DNA of 55,837 bases, from assembly GCA_947307265.1 (NCBI GenBank), contig CAMZIP010000001.1, forward strand, positions 1 through 55,837, written 5' to 3'. Shown here piece after piece: positions 54,718-55,837 of this stretch. Within the stretch, counting starts at the first letter, position 1. Each line of letters starts with the position of its first letter. Position numbers and translations under genes: made by a program. This stretch comes from an uncultured Bacteroidales bacterium (GTDB lineage Bacteria; Bacteroidota; Bacteroidia; Bacteroidales; UBA932). A model generated the notes under the pieces. The model had not been told where the DNA came from and did no database searches. It was given only the letters and a program-made list of their open reading frames with translations.

Positions 54718-55837
54718 ATGGCCCCGGCGGGCAATTTCGAATGCCTGCAGGCCGCCATCCAAGGTGGCGCGAACTCCGTGTATTTCGGGGTTGGCCGTCT
54801 CAATATGCGTTCCCATTCAGCCAATAATTTCGCACCGGAAGACCTGGCTGAAATATGCCGCATTTGCCGCAAGGCAGGCGTAAGGACATACCTGACGCTC
54901 AATATCGTGCTCTACGGAGAGGATCTCGCGCCGATGCGGGAGGCTCTCGACGAGGCCCGACGCGCCGGAGTGGATGCCGTAATCGCCTCCGATATGGCAG
55001 CCATCCTCTACGCGCGCAGCATCGGGATGGAGGTGCATATCTCTACGCAACTCAGCATTTCAAATATCGAAAGCCTGCGATTCTATGCACAGTGGGCGGA
55101 CGTGGTCGTGCTGGCCCGCGAACTGCGTCTCGAACAGGTGGCCGAGATTGCCCGCACCATCGAGGAAGAAGGCATCAAAGGCCCCTCCGGACGCAACGTG
55201 CAGATAGAAATGTTCTGCCACGGAGCCCTCTGTATGGCCATTTCCGGCAAATGCTACCTTTCCCTGCACGAATACAACTCTTCTGCCAACCGGGGCGCCT
55301 GCTTCCAGTTATGCCGCCGCGGATACGAGGTGAAGGATCTCGAGACCGGAATGCAACTCCAGATCGACAACCAGTACATAATGTCTCCCAAAGACCTATG
55401 CACGGTCAAATTCCTGGATAAAATGGCAGCCGCGGGCGTTACGGTATTCAAGATTGAAGGCCGGGCCCGCAGCGCGGAATACGTCAAGACCGTGGCACAG
55501 GCATACCGCGAAGCTGCCGATGCAGTCGAGGCAGGAACATTCGGCGAAGAACTGGCTTCATCGCTGTACACCAGGCTCGAAACGGTATTCAACCGCGGAT
55601 TCTGGGACGGCTATTATCAGGGCGCACGGCTCGGCGAATGGAGCGAGGTCTATGGCAACCGCGCCACCCGCACCAAAACCTATCTTGGTCGCATCACCAA
55701 CTGGTATTCACGCCTCGGCGTGGCGGAGATAACCGTCGAAACCGGAAGCTTCCGCACTGGCGACCACCTGCTCATTACAGGCGCCACTACCGGAGTGCTG
55801 GAATGCGACGTGACGGAAATCCGCACCGACCGTCAGG
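54718..55837 (+). CDS. Peptidase U32 family protein (partial, continues beyond the window)
   Basis: Absent from the ORF track (open-ended). My translation from the ATG at 54718 is MAPAGNFECLQAAIQGGANSVYFGVGRLNMRSHSANNF...HGALCMAISGKCYLSLHEYNSSANRGACFQLCRRGYEV...FKIEGRARSAEYV, which includes the U32 signature. An in-frame GTG at 54694, overlapping the previous gene, is an alternative start. Confidence 0.85.
   Translation, partial: MAPAGNFECLQAAIQGGANSVYFGVGRLNMRSHSANNFAPEDLAEICRICRKAGVRTYLTLNIVLYGEDLAPMREALDEARRAGVDAVIASDMAAILYARSIGMEVHISTQLSISNIESLRFYAQWADVVVLARELRLEQVAEIARTIEEEGIKGPSGRNVQIEMFCHGALCMAISGKCYLSLHEYNSSANRGACFQLCRRGYEVKDLETGMQLQIDNQYIMSPKDLCTVKFLDKMAAAGVTVFKIEGRARSAEYVKTVAQAYREAADAVEAGTFGEELASSLYTRLETVFNRGFWDGYYQGARLGEWSEVYGNRATRTKTYLGRITNWYSRLGVAEITVETGSFRTGDHLLITGATTGVLECDVTEIRTDRQ

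Overview
This is a gene-dense, fairly GC-rich chromosomal window from a Bacteroidota (Bacteroidales-like) genome. The taxon call rests on SusC/SusD pairs, BACON and DUF1735-type lipoproteins, TAnnTTTG -7 promoter boxes in front of most transcription units, and the absence of Shine-Dalgarno spacing. Housekeeping genes are: yraN (partial), metK, mutS2, cdaA, a ComF-family gene, a C69 dipeptidase, an EEP-family nuclease/phosphatase, the str cluster rpsL-rpsG-fusA-rpsJ followed by a tRNA-CAT, a MATE exporter, rsgA, a polyprenyl synthase and a partial U32 peptidase. About two thirds of the window encodes cell-envelope proteins in five blocks. (i) 420-8004: two Oar-like TonB-dependent receptors, one of them frameshifted, flanking a multidomain BACON lipoprotein. 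(ii) 13579-14627: two divergent small BACON lipoproteins. (iii) 16809-22463: a four-gene operon with a POTRA-less Omp85-type barrel and three tandem paralogous coiled-coil lipoproteins. (iv) 23569-34968: a PUL-like locus with two tandem SusC/SusD pairs and a DUF1735 lipoprotein, but no enzyme or regulator. (v) 38653-51400: a tandemly duplicated four-gene module made of a secreted 240-aa protein, a TonB-dependent receptor with an STN-like N-terminal extension, a DUF4249-like lipoprotein, and a 565-aa protein with MG2-like and plug-like segments. Block (v) and the Omp85/triple-lipoprotein operon are my best candidates for undescribed systems. Other points worth a second look are a terminator/antiterminator leader upstream of metK that does not look like SAM-I, a tRNA-CAT with a swapped 54/58 T-loop pair, and the str cluster ending at rpsJ without rplC. 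I found no CRISPR array, integrase, transposase, reverse transcriptase or rRNA. All domain calls are by-eye motif recognition and need HMM or structure confirmation.
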